This document shows, piece by piece, positions 17,444-26,458 of a stretch of 33,641 bases of DNA. Within the stretch, counting starts at the first letter, position 1; every line of letters begins with the position of its first letter. This stretch comes from a virus, in the UHGV virus genome UHGV-0275541. One strand, 5' to 3'. A program made the position numbers and the translations under genes. The notes beneath the pieces were generated by a model. It searched no databases, was not told the DNA's origin, and worked only from the letters and a program-made list of their open reading frames with translations.

Positions 17444-17887
17444 GTGCCTAATCCAATGATCCCCGTTGGCACCCTTAACCGGGTTCGCGCCAGCGTTAAA
17501 TTCACCTCTCATTCCGAACTGAATGTGTCCGCCTCATTTCTGGCAAAAGAAGGCGTCGAATTGTCCTTTCAGGGCAATATCACGGAGTTTTTACCCGCTA
17601 TGACGGGAGCCGTGCAGTCGCCGCAGCCATACATGATTTTACAGGCGCGTGTTCATCTGCTGCGTAGCCAGGCGCTGGGAAAACAATTCAAGGCGCAATG
17701 GGAAAAAAACGCCACGATCGGCGACGCAAAAGTGTATAGCGACAGCACGGTATTCGGTGACTTCGATATCTATAACACGGCGATCACCAACGTGCAGGAT
17801 ATGACCTTCGCCGGGGGCGAGCCGGGTGTGGCCATCACCATTACCGGTACGTATTACATCAACTCTGAAATGTGGGATCTGGTATGA
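17444..17887 (+). CDS. putative tail tube protein
   Basis: 147 aa from GTG 17444 (GAGGGA RBS 7 nt upstream); position between sheath-sized gene and chaperone. Confidence 0.45.
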   Translation: MPNPMIPVGTLNRVRASVKFTSHSELNVSASFLAKEGVELSFQGNITEFLPAMTGAVQSPQPYMILQARVHLLRSQALGKQFKAQWEKNATIGDAKVYSDSTVFGDFDIYNTAITNVQDMTFAGGEPGVAITITGTYYINSEMWDLV

Positions 17888-18501
17888 AAATCTCCCGAAA
17901 TCTGAATCTGATTATTCCTGTCCAGACAGAAAAGGATAGTGGCTGGATCCATGCCACGCCGATCAGCAAAGAGGTGTTTAAAGAGCATTTCTTCATTCTG
18001 AGTAAAACTTTTTCTGCCATTTTCTCCGAAGGTCTTGGCGTCGTTGCCGGGCCGCGCGTTGCTTTTCTGATGCTGGAGCGGATCTCGCGTGATTCCGGTA
18101 TCTGGGACGATGATAAGGGAGTTCGTAATACGCTGGTGAACGAAATAATTCGCCTGGCAAACCTTGTTTATCCGGTGGAGGGCAAAGGTTACGACACAAT
18201 CCCTCTTGATATGGCGCTGGAGCGTGAAATCGTTGAGCTGGATGATGTTGCGGGTGAACTCGTTTTTTTTACATGCGTCTCGTCAATAAATTCGCCGGAG
18301 CAGGCGAAAGGGACTCTGGATGTGGTCAATGGAATCTGGAGCACTCAATACTCATCCTTGAATCTTACGGACTGGATTGCTTCCTTGCCGACATTGAAGT
18401 CTGCCGCCAGTTCTGGCGCGACGGTGAACACATCATCAGCGACATCCTCGACTACTCAGCCGGAGCCGGATTCAGAGACATCTGTGCAGATTCCGGTTTG
18501 A
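17884..18501 (+). CDS. putative tail assembly chaperone (zero-frame product)
   Basis: 205 aa from ATG 17884 overlapping the previous stop; contains the T8 slippery run at codons about 127-129; directly upstream of the tape measure gene. Confidence 0.5.
   Translation: MKISRNLNLIIPVQTEKDSGWIHATPISKEVFKEHFFILSKTFSAIFSEGLGVVAGPRVAFLMLERISRDSGIWDDDKGVRNTLVNEIIRLANLVYPVEGKGYDTIPLDMALEREIVELDDVAGELVFFTCVSSINSPEQAKGTLDVVNGIWSTQYSSLNLTDWIASLPTLKSAASSGATVNTSSATSSTTQPEPDSETSVQIPV
18264..18270 (+). other. candidate -1 programmed ribosomal frameshift site T_TTT_TTT; predicted fusion product 17884..18270 joined to 18270..18566
   Basis: Heptamer in X_XXY_YYZ register of the chaperone frame; the -1 frame opens at 18258 (after TGA 18255-18257) and runs to TGA 18564-18566, overlapping the tape measure ATG at 18566. 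Confidence 0.55.
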
Positions 18502-18565
18502 ATGTAAAAACAGCAGCTCAGTTTCGTGAGCTGCTCAAACTCAAAAATCCCGCAGGAGTATTGTG

Positions 18566-20626
18566 ATGGCTGGTAACCAGATGCCAGTTCTGACGCTGGA
18601 CGTTAATGAAGAACACCTCAAGCGGCTTGAGGCGATATTTGAAAAGTATCGCAACGGACTGATGATTGGCCCTGCCGGGACACCGCTTAAAATACCTTCA
18701 AATACAGGTCAGGGAGGTGGCGCCCGGCAGATAACCACAGGCGGAGAAGCCAATCAGGCTCCCAGGAAACCATCTTCACCTGCGCCCACCGATGGACGTT
18801 TAAGGGATGAAAAAGGGCGCTTTGTCGGTAGCGGAAAAACACCTGATTCGCTGGTGAGCAACTATAAAGGTCGCGGCGAAACGATGTTTGATAAGTATCT
18901 CAGTAGTCTGGGTAAAAACGCCAAACAGACGCTGAAAACTTACAAGCAGATCAATTCTACGCTACGGACGACCACTTCGAGATTAAACAACCTGTTTAAA
19001 ACCACCGTATCGTGGGGGACAAAACTTGCGGTTATGGGCGTTGCCGGGCCGTTCGGCTTTGGCATGATGGCTCGTAATGTTGTAGAGAAACAGAAAAATG
19101 CTGATGAATTGCAGGCAACGCCAGGAGAGTTAAAGGCGGCAGAAAGCACTTATTCGCCTTATTTTTCCGGTGTTGGTAATTTGCTCAATACACTGGCAGC
19201 CGCGCAAAATGACACTCAGCATCCTGCCTACAACGGGCTAATTGGATTAGGGATAAATCCTAAAAAAGGGGCAGCAGAAAATCTTCCTGTATTGTTAGAA
19301 AGAGTTGCTGCTCTTGCAAAGGAGTATGAGGGAACCGGACTTACTCAGAGCATGCTCAGGGGGCGTGGCCTTGGATGGGTAAATTTTGGTATTGCTAACC
19401 AGTTAGTCAAATATCAGGACAAAATACCTGAACTCAACAAAGAGTTTTTATCGCGAGCTTCTCAGAATGACTCGTTGCTCACCTCTGGACATACAAGCCA
19501 GTATCAGAATCTTACCAGCAACTTAGAAAATAACTGGGATCAACTTACCAGCGGATTTCAGGGGGCAATGTCGGGTAACTCTGTACAGCTAATTAGAATA
19601 TCTAATGGTGTAAAGAATGCTGGTCTAAATTTCCTTAATGGTGAGAACTTTAAAAGAATTTTGACTGATGTTGAAACAGGTCTGGATAAACTTGGTAAGT
19701 ATGTAAATGGCCCGGATTTTAATAACGACCTGAATAATTTTGCCGAAAATGTTGCAAAGGTTGTTAAGGCACTTAGCGGGTTTGTTGGTTTTGCGGTTGA
19801 ACATCCCTGGCTTTTTGGGGCCGCAGTACTTGCTGGACCATCGAGAGTTGGTGCTGTGGCCGCCACAACGACCGGAGTTGCCGCCCGTGTTGTTGGTGGA
19901 AGTCTTCTTGGGGCTACAGCCGGAACAGTAGCTGGATTGGCTATTCCTACAAATGACACACCTACCACCAGTGAGGAAATGAAAGGGCTGGAGGGGCGTT
20001 TCAACTTTGATTATTTTAACGAAGTGCAGGAGTGGCAAAAAAACAATCCGGGTAAGGTCTGGCCTGGAGGATTGCAGGGATTTTCAAATCAAGTAAACAG
20101 ATCTGCATATTTATCCAGAGGGATCAGGAATAACAATCCCGGAAATCTTAATTTCGCAGGACAAAAAGGGGCTACCCTGGAATCGGGGCCAAATGCCCGT
20201 TTTGCCAGCTTCCCGACGATGCTGGAAGGCATTGCTGCCTTAGATCGGCAGGTAATGCTATACCTGAAACGCGGCAAAAATACGATTGATCAGATTATTG
20301 ATATTTATGCCCCTTCATCTGATGGAAATAACACATCGTCCTATAAAAGCTATCTCTCTCAGTACACCGGATTAGGTGTTAAGGAGAAAATCGATGGTTC
20401 TAATTTTGAGATAATGAGAAAGCTAATTCAGGGCATTATTAACCATGAAAATGGGGACGCCGCTCGTGCAGTAAGTGGCGATGATGTGATGCGGGCGCTG
20501 GCAATGAACCGGGGGAACGTATATTCACCAAATAATACTTCTCAGGTAATCAGGCTCGACGTTCAACAAAAACCAGGTTCCGACATACTGGCACAACTCG
20601 CCGGAATGCAACAAATATCGGGGTAA
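18566..20626 (+). CDS. putative tail tape measure protein with an AT-rich central/C-terminal portion
   Basis: 686 aa from ATG 18566 (GCAGGAG RBS); Gly/Ala-rich hydrophobic segment (FVGFAVEHPWLFGAAVLAGPSRVGAVAATTTGVAARVVGG...) typical of tape measure proteins; position after chaperone. Confidence 0.6.
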   Translation: MAGNQMPVLTLDVNEEHLKRLEAIFEKYRNGLMIGPAGTPLKIPSNTGQGGGARQITTGGEANQAPRKPSSPAPTDGRLRDEKGRFVGSGKTPDSLVSNYKGRGETMFDKYLSSLGKNAKQTLKTYKQINSTLRTTTSRLNNLFKTTVSWGTKLAVMGVAGPFGFGMMARNVVEKQKNADELQATPGELKAAESTYSPYFSGVGNLLNTLAAAQNDTQHPAYNGLIGLGINPKKGAAENLPVLLERVAALAKEYEGTGLTQSMLRGRGLGWVNFGIANQLVKYQDKIPELNKEFLSRASQNDSLLTSGHTSQYQNLTSNLENNWDQLTSGFQGAMSGNSVQLIRISNGVKNAGLNFLNGENFKRILTDVETGLDKLGKYVNGPDFNNDLNNFAENVAKVVKALSGFVGFAVEHPWLFGAAVLAGPSRVGAVAATTTGVAARVVGGSLLGATAGTVAGLAIPTNDTPTTSEEMKGLEGRFNFDYFNEVQEWQKNNPGKVWPGGLQGFSNQVNRSAYLSRGIRNNNPGNLNFAGQKGATLESGPNARFASFPTMLEGIAALDRQVMLYLKRGKNTIDQIIDIYAPSSDGNNTSSYKSYLSQYTGLGVKEKIDGSNFEIMRKLIQGIINHENGDAARAVSGDDVMRALAMNRGNVYSPNNTSQVIRLDVQQKPGSDILAQLAGMQQISG

Positions 20627-20629
20627 ACC

Positions 20630-21298
20630 ATGTCACTTAATTACTTTGGACAAGCTTTCAAACTGGCGTTTGAAGTATCGCCCATTCTTTTAGTTGATGG
20701 CATAGCGTCGAAAATTCCCGGCGGGGTGATGCCGATTGCTGTTTTGACCGAAGGCCTAAGCATTGTGAACGGTCTGCTGCATGGCGAGATTCGTACACGC
20801 TCGATGGCGGCATTTACCCCGATGGCGGGGACAACGTTGGTTCAGCAGGATATTTGCAACCTGAATTTCTATAACCAGGTAACGGCAGCGAATGCGACCG
20901 TCAAGAAGCCTAACCGGGTAGTCATGCAGATGATCCGTCCGGCATCAACGGAGGACGGTGGCTACATCACTAAGGGGATGACATTCACGGCGCTGAAAAT
21001 GGCGCTCGATATGCATAACCAGTATGGCGGTTGTTACACCGTAATGACGCCATCTTTCATCTACACGCGCTGTCTGATGCGGTCGTTTATCGATACATCC
21101 GGTTTCTCTGAGCAGAACAAGCAGGTTCAGTACACCTGGCAGATTGAGTTTGAGCAACCATTGTCGTCTGTCGAACAAACGGTAAAAACGCTGGCGAGCG
21201 TTCTGGATAAATTTGATAAAGGGATGCCGTCAGACGGGGCGCTATCGTGGTCAGGTATTAAGAACCAGGTCGTGCAGGAGTTTGGTTTTGGCTTATGA
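20630..21298 (+). CDS. phage tail/baseplate-region hypothetical protein
   Basis: 222 aa; ATG 20630 four nt after the tape measure stop; overlaps next start. Confidence 0.55.
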   Translation: MSLNYFGQAFKLAFEVSPILLVDGIASKIPGGVMPIAVLTEGLSIVNGLLHGEIRTRSMAAFTPMAGTTLVQQDICNLNFYNQVTAANATVKKPNRVVMQMIRPASTEDGGYITKGMTFTALKMALDMHNQYGGCYTVMTPSFIYTRCLMRSFIDTSGFSEQNKQVQYTWQIEFEQPLSSVEQTVKTLASVLDKFDKGMPSDGALSWSGIKNQVVQEFGFGL

Positions 21299-21561
21299 CA
21301 ACGTTAATTCCTTTCAAACCTGACGGGCGAGGACCATTTCAGTTCACGGCCAGAATCGGAGAATATGAAACATTCGCCCGCGTTCCGTTTAATCTGTATG
21401 CAAATCGTTACTACCTGGAACTGAAAGACAGTTCAGGCGACGTGATTGTATACATGCCTTTGATCGCGTCACCTGACAGTTACGACATCAATCTGGCGCT
21501 GCCTTGCTCACCGGGGAAACTTGTTTTTCGCGAAAGTACGAATCAGTTTGAGGTTTCGTAA
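21295..21561 (+). CDS. phage tail/baseplate-region small hypothetical protein
   Basis: 88 aa; ATGA overlap upstream and TAATG overlap downstream. Confidence 0.5.
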   Translation: MTTLIPFKPDGRGPFQFTARIGEYETFARVPFNLYANRYYLELKDSSGDVIVYMPLIASPDSYDINLALPCSPGKLVFRESTNQFEVS

Positions 21562-22568
21562 TGCGTTATTACCGACTGGAAATTATTAATCCTAAAACAG
21601 GCAAGCCGCCAGTGGATAGCAATGGAAAACCCATTGGACCTTTTGATACCAATGAAACACCAGGATGTGGGTTGCATGTTGAATTTGACTTTGAAGTAAC
21701 CGGCCTGGATATAGTCTGTTCGGGTACGATGCTGACGATCTATGGATTACCAATTGACATGCTGAAGCAAAGCGTAAGTTTGCAGGGTTGTCTGGTACGT
21801 ATGAAAGCAGGCTTTGTTCAGGGGTTACCACTGGCAAATAAGGATCAACAGGGGGAGGTAATCTATGGTGAAATTTATCTGGCCTATGCCAACTGGATCG
21901 GCACGAACCAGACTTTAAACCTGGTAATAAATCCAAGCATACGCAAAACCGATGACGGTAAACCTTTTTCAATTGAGGGGCAGGGGGAAGCAGGGGAAAG
22001 GGTGGGCGATGTTTTAGTCCGCGCTTTGCAAAAAGCATATCCCAATAAACTTATTGATTGCACAGTCAGCGACAACCTGGTTTTGCCAGAGCCGTGGACG
22101 GGCAAATATACGGAGATTGGTTCGCTGGCTATGGTCGTAAAAAACGCCTCTATTGCGATGATGCGTAATGAAAGGTATAGCGGAATCGCCATCAGTATTC
22201 TTTCCGACAGAATACGAATCTACGATAACGCATCGGCAAAGTGGGGTGAGCCAAAAACAATTCATGCCCATGAACTGGTCGGGCAGCCGACATGGATAGC
22301 GCCGTTTACCGTCAGTTTCAAATGCCCTATGAGAGGCGATATCAGATGTGGTGATGTGATTAAACTGCCGGAGGGGCTATATTCTGGCGCTGCGTCGATT
22401 GTGATGGCTAATACAACGGTACCCAGCGTTATCGCAAAAAATTCGACCACGTTCACCGGGAAATTTCTTGTGAAATCAGTCAGACACATTGGTTCGTATC
22501 TGACAGCCGATGGCGATGCCTGGGTGACGGTATTTGAGGCATATGCTGAGAACTGGGCGAGGGTGTAA
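21561..22568 (+). CDS. putative baseplate hub-like protein
   Basis: 335 aa; position after tape measure and before spike-like gene; assignment by order only. Confidence 0.4.
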   Translation: MRYYRLEIINPKTGKPPVDSNGKPIGPFDTNETPGCGLHVEFDFEVTGLDIVCSGTMLTIYGLPIDMLKQSVSLQGCLVRMKAGFVQGLPLANKDQQGEVIYGEIYLAYANWIGTNQTLNLVINPSIRKTDDGKPFSIEGQGEAGERVGDVLVRALQKAYPNKLIDCTVSDNLVLPEPWTGKYTEIGSLAMVVKNASIAMMRNERYSGIAISILSDRIRIYDNASAKWGEPKTIHAHELVGQPTWIAPFTVSFKCPMRGDIRCGDVIKLPEGLYSGAASIVMANTTVPSVIAKNSTTFTGKFLVKSVRHIGSYLTADGDAWVTVFEAYAENWARV

Positions 22569-23281
22569 TGTCAAACGCTCAAAAATTACCGTTTCTCCGA
22601 ACACTGTCGGAGATGATGACCAGTTCTGGTAACCAGCAAGCCGAGCTTAAAGGCCGCGAATTGCCCTGCCATGTTGTCGGTGTCAGCGGGCAGATAGTGA
22701 CAGTTCAGTTTGATATGCTGCCGGAGGGGATCAACTTTCCGCAGATAACAATCCCTGTCGCCACATTCCCGTATATTCGTTACCCGATACAGCCGGGCGA
22801 TCGAGGAGTAACAATTGCCGCTGATGTATCCCTGCGCGGTGTGTCCGGATTGGGAACCGGTATGGCGACGCTCTCTTACTCGATGTCGCTCACTCCACTG
22901 TTTTTCGTGCCACTGGCAAACAAGGACTGGTCCGACGAAGATCCGCAAAAAATCGTTTTGTACGGTCCGGATGGCGCGATCCTCAAAACAGAGGACGGCA
23001 GTAGCTCGGTAACGGTGGCACCGGAAGAAATCAGGCAAAAGTCGAAAGCTGTTTACCTCGAGGCCGAAGATATTTTCCTGAACGGGAAAATTCACCTCAA
23101 CGGTCCAATCGTCCAGGACAAAGCCCAGATGAAGGATACAACCGCTTCGCTGATTGGCCCGCTTACTGTGCAAAATGACGCGGTGATAAAAGGTGTCAGT
23201 GCCAGCGGCCACAGCCACGATGTGACTGGCGTTCAAAGCGGCGGCAGCACGATCACGTCGAAGCAACCAAATCGGGGTTAA
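22568..23281 (+). CDS. putative baseplate spike/assembly protein (gpV-like)
   Basis: 237 aa; ATG overlaps previous TAA; size and position consistent with a baseplate spike; Gly/Ser-rich C-terminus. Confidence 0.4.
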   Translation: MSNAQKLPFLRTLSEMMTSSGNQQAELKGRELPCHVVGVSGQIVTVQFDMLPEGINFPQITIPVATFPYIRYPIQPGDRGVTIAADVSLRGVSGLGTGMATLSYSMSLTPLFFVPLANKDWSDEDPQKIVLYGPDGAILKTEDGSSSVTVAPEEIRQKSKAVYLEAEDIFLNGKIHLNGPIVQDKAQMKDTTASLIGPLTVQNDAVIKGVSASGHSHDVTGVQSGGSTITSKQPNRG

Positions 23282-23321
23282 TTCCGGTTCATTTCACTTT
23301 AAATTCTATCTCATAAAGCGA

Positions 23322-23356
23322 AAGCCCCGGCTGCTGGAACAGTTCGGGGCTTTTTG
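23322..23356 (+). terminator. intrinsic terminator-like hairpin (copy B of repeated hairpin-RBS module)
   Basis: GCCCCGGCTG / CAG(TT)CGGGGC stem, loop CTGGAA, followed by TTTTTGTTTCTG; about 80% identical to 5149-5215 over about 70 bp. Confidence 0.65.
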
Positions 23357-23387
23357 TTTCTGACCTTGAATAAGGCAAGGAGAAGTC

Positions 23388-23525
23388 GTGTTTGATTTTA
23401 GCAAACTGATTCGGGAGATTCGAGTTATGGCTGAAAAATTATCCACCTGGAAGTTTTTGCTTATTTGGTTGGTCTTTCTGATTCTGGCGTCTGGTTATTT
23501 TGTTGGCCAGATCCGATGGTGGTGA
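23388..23525 (+). CDS. small ORF (45 aa, GTG start) encoding a hydrophobic peptide; coding status uncertain
   Basis: GTG 23388 placed after the conserved AAGGAGAAG RBS of module copy B; encodes ...KFLLIWLVFLILASGYFVGQIRWW. Confidence 0.3.
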   Translation: MFDFSKLIREIRVMAEKLSTWKFLLIWLVFLILASGYFVGQIRWW

Positions 23526-23532
23526 GGGCACG

Positions 23533-23880
23533 ATGAGAACATGGGGCCGCGTCACCGACGCGAACGGCAACAAAAAATGGGTTGCAGTAGAATCTGACGC
23601 CAACGGTGATTTCTCCTACGGCTGGTTGACGACGCTCATTCAGACGTTAAAGCTGGGATTGGGGGAGTCGCCGTTTTACGCGAATTACGGTATTCCTGCG
23701 CAGCAGTGCATCGTGCAGCAGATTTACCCAGACTACTATGTGAACATGGTTCAGCAACAGTTTGCCGGGTATTTTGCATCGCTGGCAATTTCAAAGGTAG
23801 ATGGGGCAGCGAACCCCACCTATAACATCGATGTTGTGTTTTTTAATGGGACCAGTTACCGGACGCAGGTGCCGGTATGA
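23533..23880 (+). CDS. phage baseplate-region hypothetical protein
   Basis: 115 aa from ATG 23533 (ORF track starts at 23500); position between spike-like and J-like baseplate genes. Confidence 0.45.
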   Translation: MRTWGRVTDANGNKKWVAVESDANGDFSYGWLTTLIQTLKLGLGESPFYANYGIPAQQCIVQQIYPDYYVNMVQQQFAGYFASLAISKVDGAANPTYNIDVVFFNGTSYRTQVPV

Positions 23881-23973
23881 ATCACAGTTTTATGATAAAA
23901 CTTTTACCTTGGTTTGGAGTGCTGTAGAGAGATATTTTAGGGGGGGCGAGTAATTTTCTAAGCTGGAGCATAT

Positions 23974-24003
23974 TGACATATATTATTTCGGATTTGCAAA
24001 ATA
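23974..24003 (+). promoter_or_regulatory. candidate sigma70-type promoter for the nuclease-like inserted gene
   Basis: Perfect -35 hexamer TTGACA at 23974-23979 in an AT-rich stretch; -10 ambiguous (TATATT immediately 3' of it, or CAAATA at 18-bp spacing). Confidence 0.3.
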
Positions 24004-24030
24004 CATATTGTTACCATGGAGGAGACAAGT

Positions 24031-25191
24031 ATGGAAAATTTTGCAAATAAGTTAAAAATACACACAGAGCATGTTGCAAAAATGGGGGTGTTTTGTACAA
24101 CTGAAGAAACGACAAAACAAGCACTCATTATGCCATTACTAGATATTCTTGGTTTTACTCCGTATGATCCAAGAAAAGTCAAAGCTGAGTATAGTGCTGA
24201 CTTCCCCGGGGTTAAGGCTAATGAACGGGTTGATTACGCTTTATTTTGTCATGATGTTCCTGTGATGTTCATTGAGGCGAAATCGTTTTCAGAACAAATT
24301 GATAATCACTGCCCACAGCTATCAAGATATTTTAATTCAACACCGGAAGTTACTATATCAGCCATTACAAATGGTGTTGAATGGCGTTTTTTTACGGATT
24401 TGAAACAAAAAAACATAATGGATTCAACGCCGTTTTTAAAAATAAGAATGGATTCTCTAACTCACTCCGATATTACACAATTATTTCGTTTTCGTTATGA
24501 TAAATTCAAACCAGAGGCTTTACGGACACTGGCTGAAGAAAGTGTTTATTTGAATTCATTTACTAAAACAATCAGTTCTAGTCTTCGTGAAGTTGATCTG
24601 GAGTTTGTTCGATATGTTGCTAGTCGTTCAAATATTGAGAGACAACTTAATCAGAGATTTCTTGAGTTCGTGACTCCATTAGTTAAACAGGCCGTTGAGC
24701 GCGCTGTTAGCGCAATGGTGGTTTCCGGGCTATCTACACAACCGGTAGAGCAAACTAAAGAAAATGATGCAACGGATACACAAGTTAATAACGCCATTGT
24801 TGATGAAGAAAACCCCAACATAATAACCACAGCCAAAGAATTGGAGCTATTTGAAAGGGTAAAACAAATCATACAAACAGAAGATAATATAGAATATAAA
24901 GATACTGAGTCATATTTTGGTGTACTATTGAATGGTAAAACTAATAGATGGCTGTTAAGATTTTATGATAAAAAATCTTCATTTATAACTTTACCTATTT
25001 CGCTTAGTGAAGTTCAGTTGAATGAAATAAGACGAGCTCGACTTGATACGGATGGTAAAAGGATACATATAACTAATCCGGAAGATATACTTCGCATATC
25101 TGGTTTGATTCTGGATTCATACGAGTATGTTAAAAATGATGATAATTTCCGCCGAGGGTCCAGAGCGAGTAGTTTAGAAGAGGTTGAATAA
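24031..25191 (+). CDS. stand-alone PD-(D/E)xK nuclease-like protein resembling the N-terminal domain of type I restriction HsdR (HsdR-N-like)
   Basis: 386 aa from ATG 24031 (GGAGGAG RBS; alternative ATG 24016); motifs TTKQALIMPLLDILGF and ERVDYALF...VMFIEAKS match the HsdR N-terminal nuclease pattern (ADYVLF...VVEAKR in EcoKI HsdR as I recall it); AT-rich codon usage unlike flanking genes. Confidence 0.6.
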   Translation: MENFANKLKIHTEHVAKMGVFCTTEETTKQALIMPLLDILGFTPYDPRKVKAEYSADFPGVKANERVDYALFCHDVPVMFIEAKSFSEQIDNHCPQLSRYFNSTPEVTISAITNGVEWRFFTDLKQKNIMDSTPFLKIRMDSLTHSDITQLFRFRYDKFKPEALRTLAEESVYLNSFTKTISSSLREVDLEFVRYVASRSNIERQLNQRFLEFVTPLVKQAVERAVSAMVVSGLSTQPVEQTKENDATDTQVNNAIVDEENPNIITTAKELELFERVKQIIQTEDNIEYKDTESYFGVLLNGKTNRWLLRFYDKKSSFITLPISLSEVQLNEIRRARLDTDGKRIHITNPEDILRISGLILDSYEYVKNDDNFRRGSRASSLEEVE

Positions 25192-25193
25192 GT

Positions 25194-25219
25194 AAAAAAC
25201 CCGCGAAAGCGGGTTTTTT
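25194..25219. terminator. bidirectional intrinsic terminator after the nuclease-like gene
   Basis: A6-CCCGC-GAAA-GCGGG-T6. Confidence 0.85.
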
Positions 25220-25231
25220 AATGGAGTAAAT

Positions 25232-26458
25232 ATGTCAGAAATACCAATTACTATGACCAGTGCGGGGGCGCAGCCTACGCCACCCAATGATTTGCTTGCA
25301 AAGCTTATCATCAGAGTTGCTGAAAAAGTACCTGGATATACAGCCAACCTTCCGGCGGGGCTTATTACTGACCTTGCCAGCACGGCAGTCGGGGCGCTGG
25401 CATTAATAGACCAGGCGCGGGTGGACCTTATTAACTCCGTAAGCCCATACGGCGCAAATATTCCGTTACTGATGCAACTCGGAAACATTTATGGAGCACA
25501 GAAGGGATTAAGTACAAATACGGCGGTATACGTGGTGTTTGAGGCGTTGCCGGGGTTTGGTATCCCTAAAGGATTTGTTGTCGGTGACGGCAACTACCAG
25601 TATGCAGTTTCCCGCGATACGGTGGTGCCGGAAAGCGGGCAGACTGAGCCAGTCTACTGTGTGGCCACAACGTCAGGCTCATGGGCTGTACCGGAAGGAA
25701 CCGTAACGCAGGTCATTACATCGGTACCCAAAGATCAGCCTGTAAAATGCACGAACCTTACCGCAGGGATGCCAGGTCAGGAGGCGCAAACGTGGGCATC
25801 TTACCGCGCCGAAGTCATGGAGTCCGGCATGTTTGGTGTGCAGGGAACACCGGATTGCTTTAAAGCGATGCTCAAATCAGTAAGCGGTGTGCGAGAAAAC
25901 CTGATTTCTTTCCGGCAGTCGTCGCTGGGGAAATGGGTTGCGGTTGTTGGTGGCGGTGATCCGTATGATGTGGCTTATGCTATTTACAAATCTGTACCGG
26001 ATATTTCGAAACTGACCAACGATGTTAGCAATCCATCTGGTGCGGCAGTGGAAAAACGCACGGTTTCAATAACCGTTTCGCCAGATGTTTATCAGGTGCC
26101 GTTCGTTATCCCGTCATCACAAAACGTCATGGTGCTAATCACCTGGAACACTGTATCTGATGATTATGTTGATCCGGCGGGTATTGCTATGGCTGTGCAG
26201 CAAAACGTTGCTGATTACATCAATTCTATTGAAGTCGGACACCCGATAAATCTGCTGCGAATCCAGGATATTTTTACCAGTTCCGTCAGATTGTTGGTTG
26301 ATGCGACGTTGATCTCAACAATCAGTGTGAGCATTGGCATTAATGGCCATATTGTTCCTCCGGCAAAAGACACAAGCCTGGTTTATGGCGATACCTATTC
26401 CTATTTTTCGACGGTGGTATCACAGGTTCAAGTTAACAAGTATGCAATATCTGACTGA
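25232..26458 (+). CDS. putative baseplate J-like protein
   Basis: 408 aa; GGAG RBS; size and position before tail-fibre genes; assignment by order. Confidence 0.45.
   Translation: MSEIPITMTSAGAQPTPPNDLLAKLIIRVAEKVPGYTANLPAGLITDLASTAVGALALIDQARVDLINSVSPYGANIPLLMQLGNIYGAQKGLSTNTAVYVVFEALPGFGIPKGFVVGDGNYQYAVSRDTVVPESGQTEPVYCVATTSGSWAVPEGTVTQVITSVPKDQPVKCTNLTAGMPGQEAQTWASYRAEVMESGMFGVQGTPDCFKAMLKSVSGVRENLISFRQSSLGKWVAVVGGGDPYDVAYAIYKSVPDISKLTNDVSNPSGAAVEKRTVSITVSPDVYQVPFVIPSSQNVMVLITWNTVSDDYVDPAGIAMAVQQNVADYINSIEVGHPINLLRIQDIFTSSVRLLVDATLISTISVSIGINGHIVPPAKDTSLVYGDTYSYFSTVVSQVQVNKYAISD

Noticed and set aside
22586-23266. 226-aa minus-strand ORF
   Set aside because: Lies entirely inside the + strand baseplate-spike-like gene, which is translationally coupled to its neighbours; the minus-strand translation is Arg/Ala-rich and is a shadow ORF.
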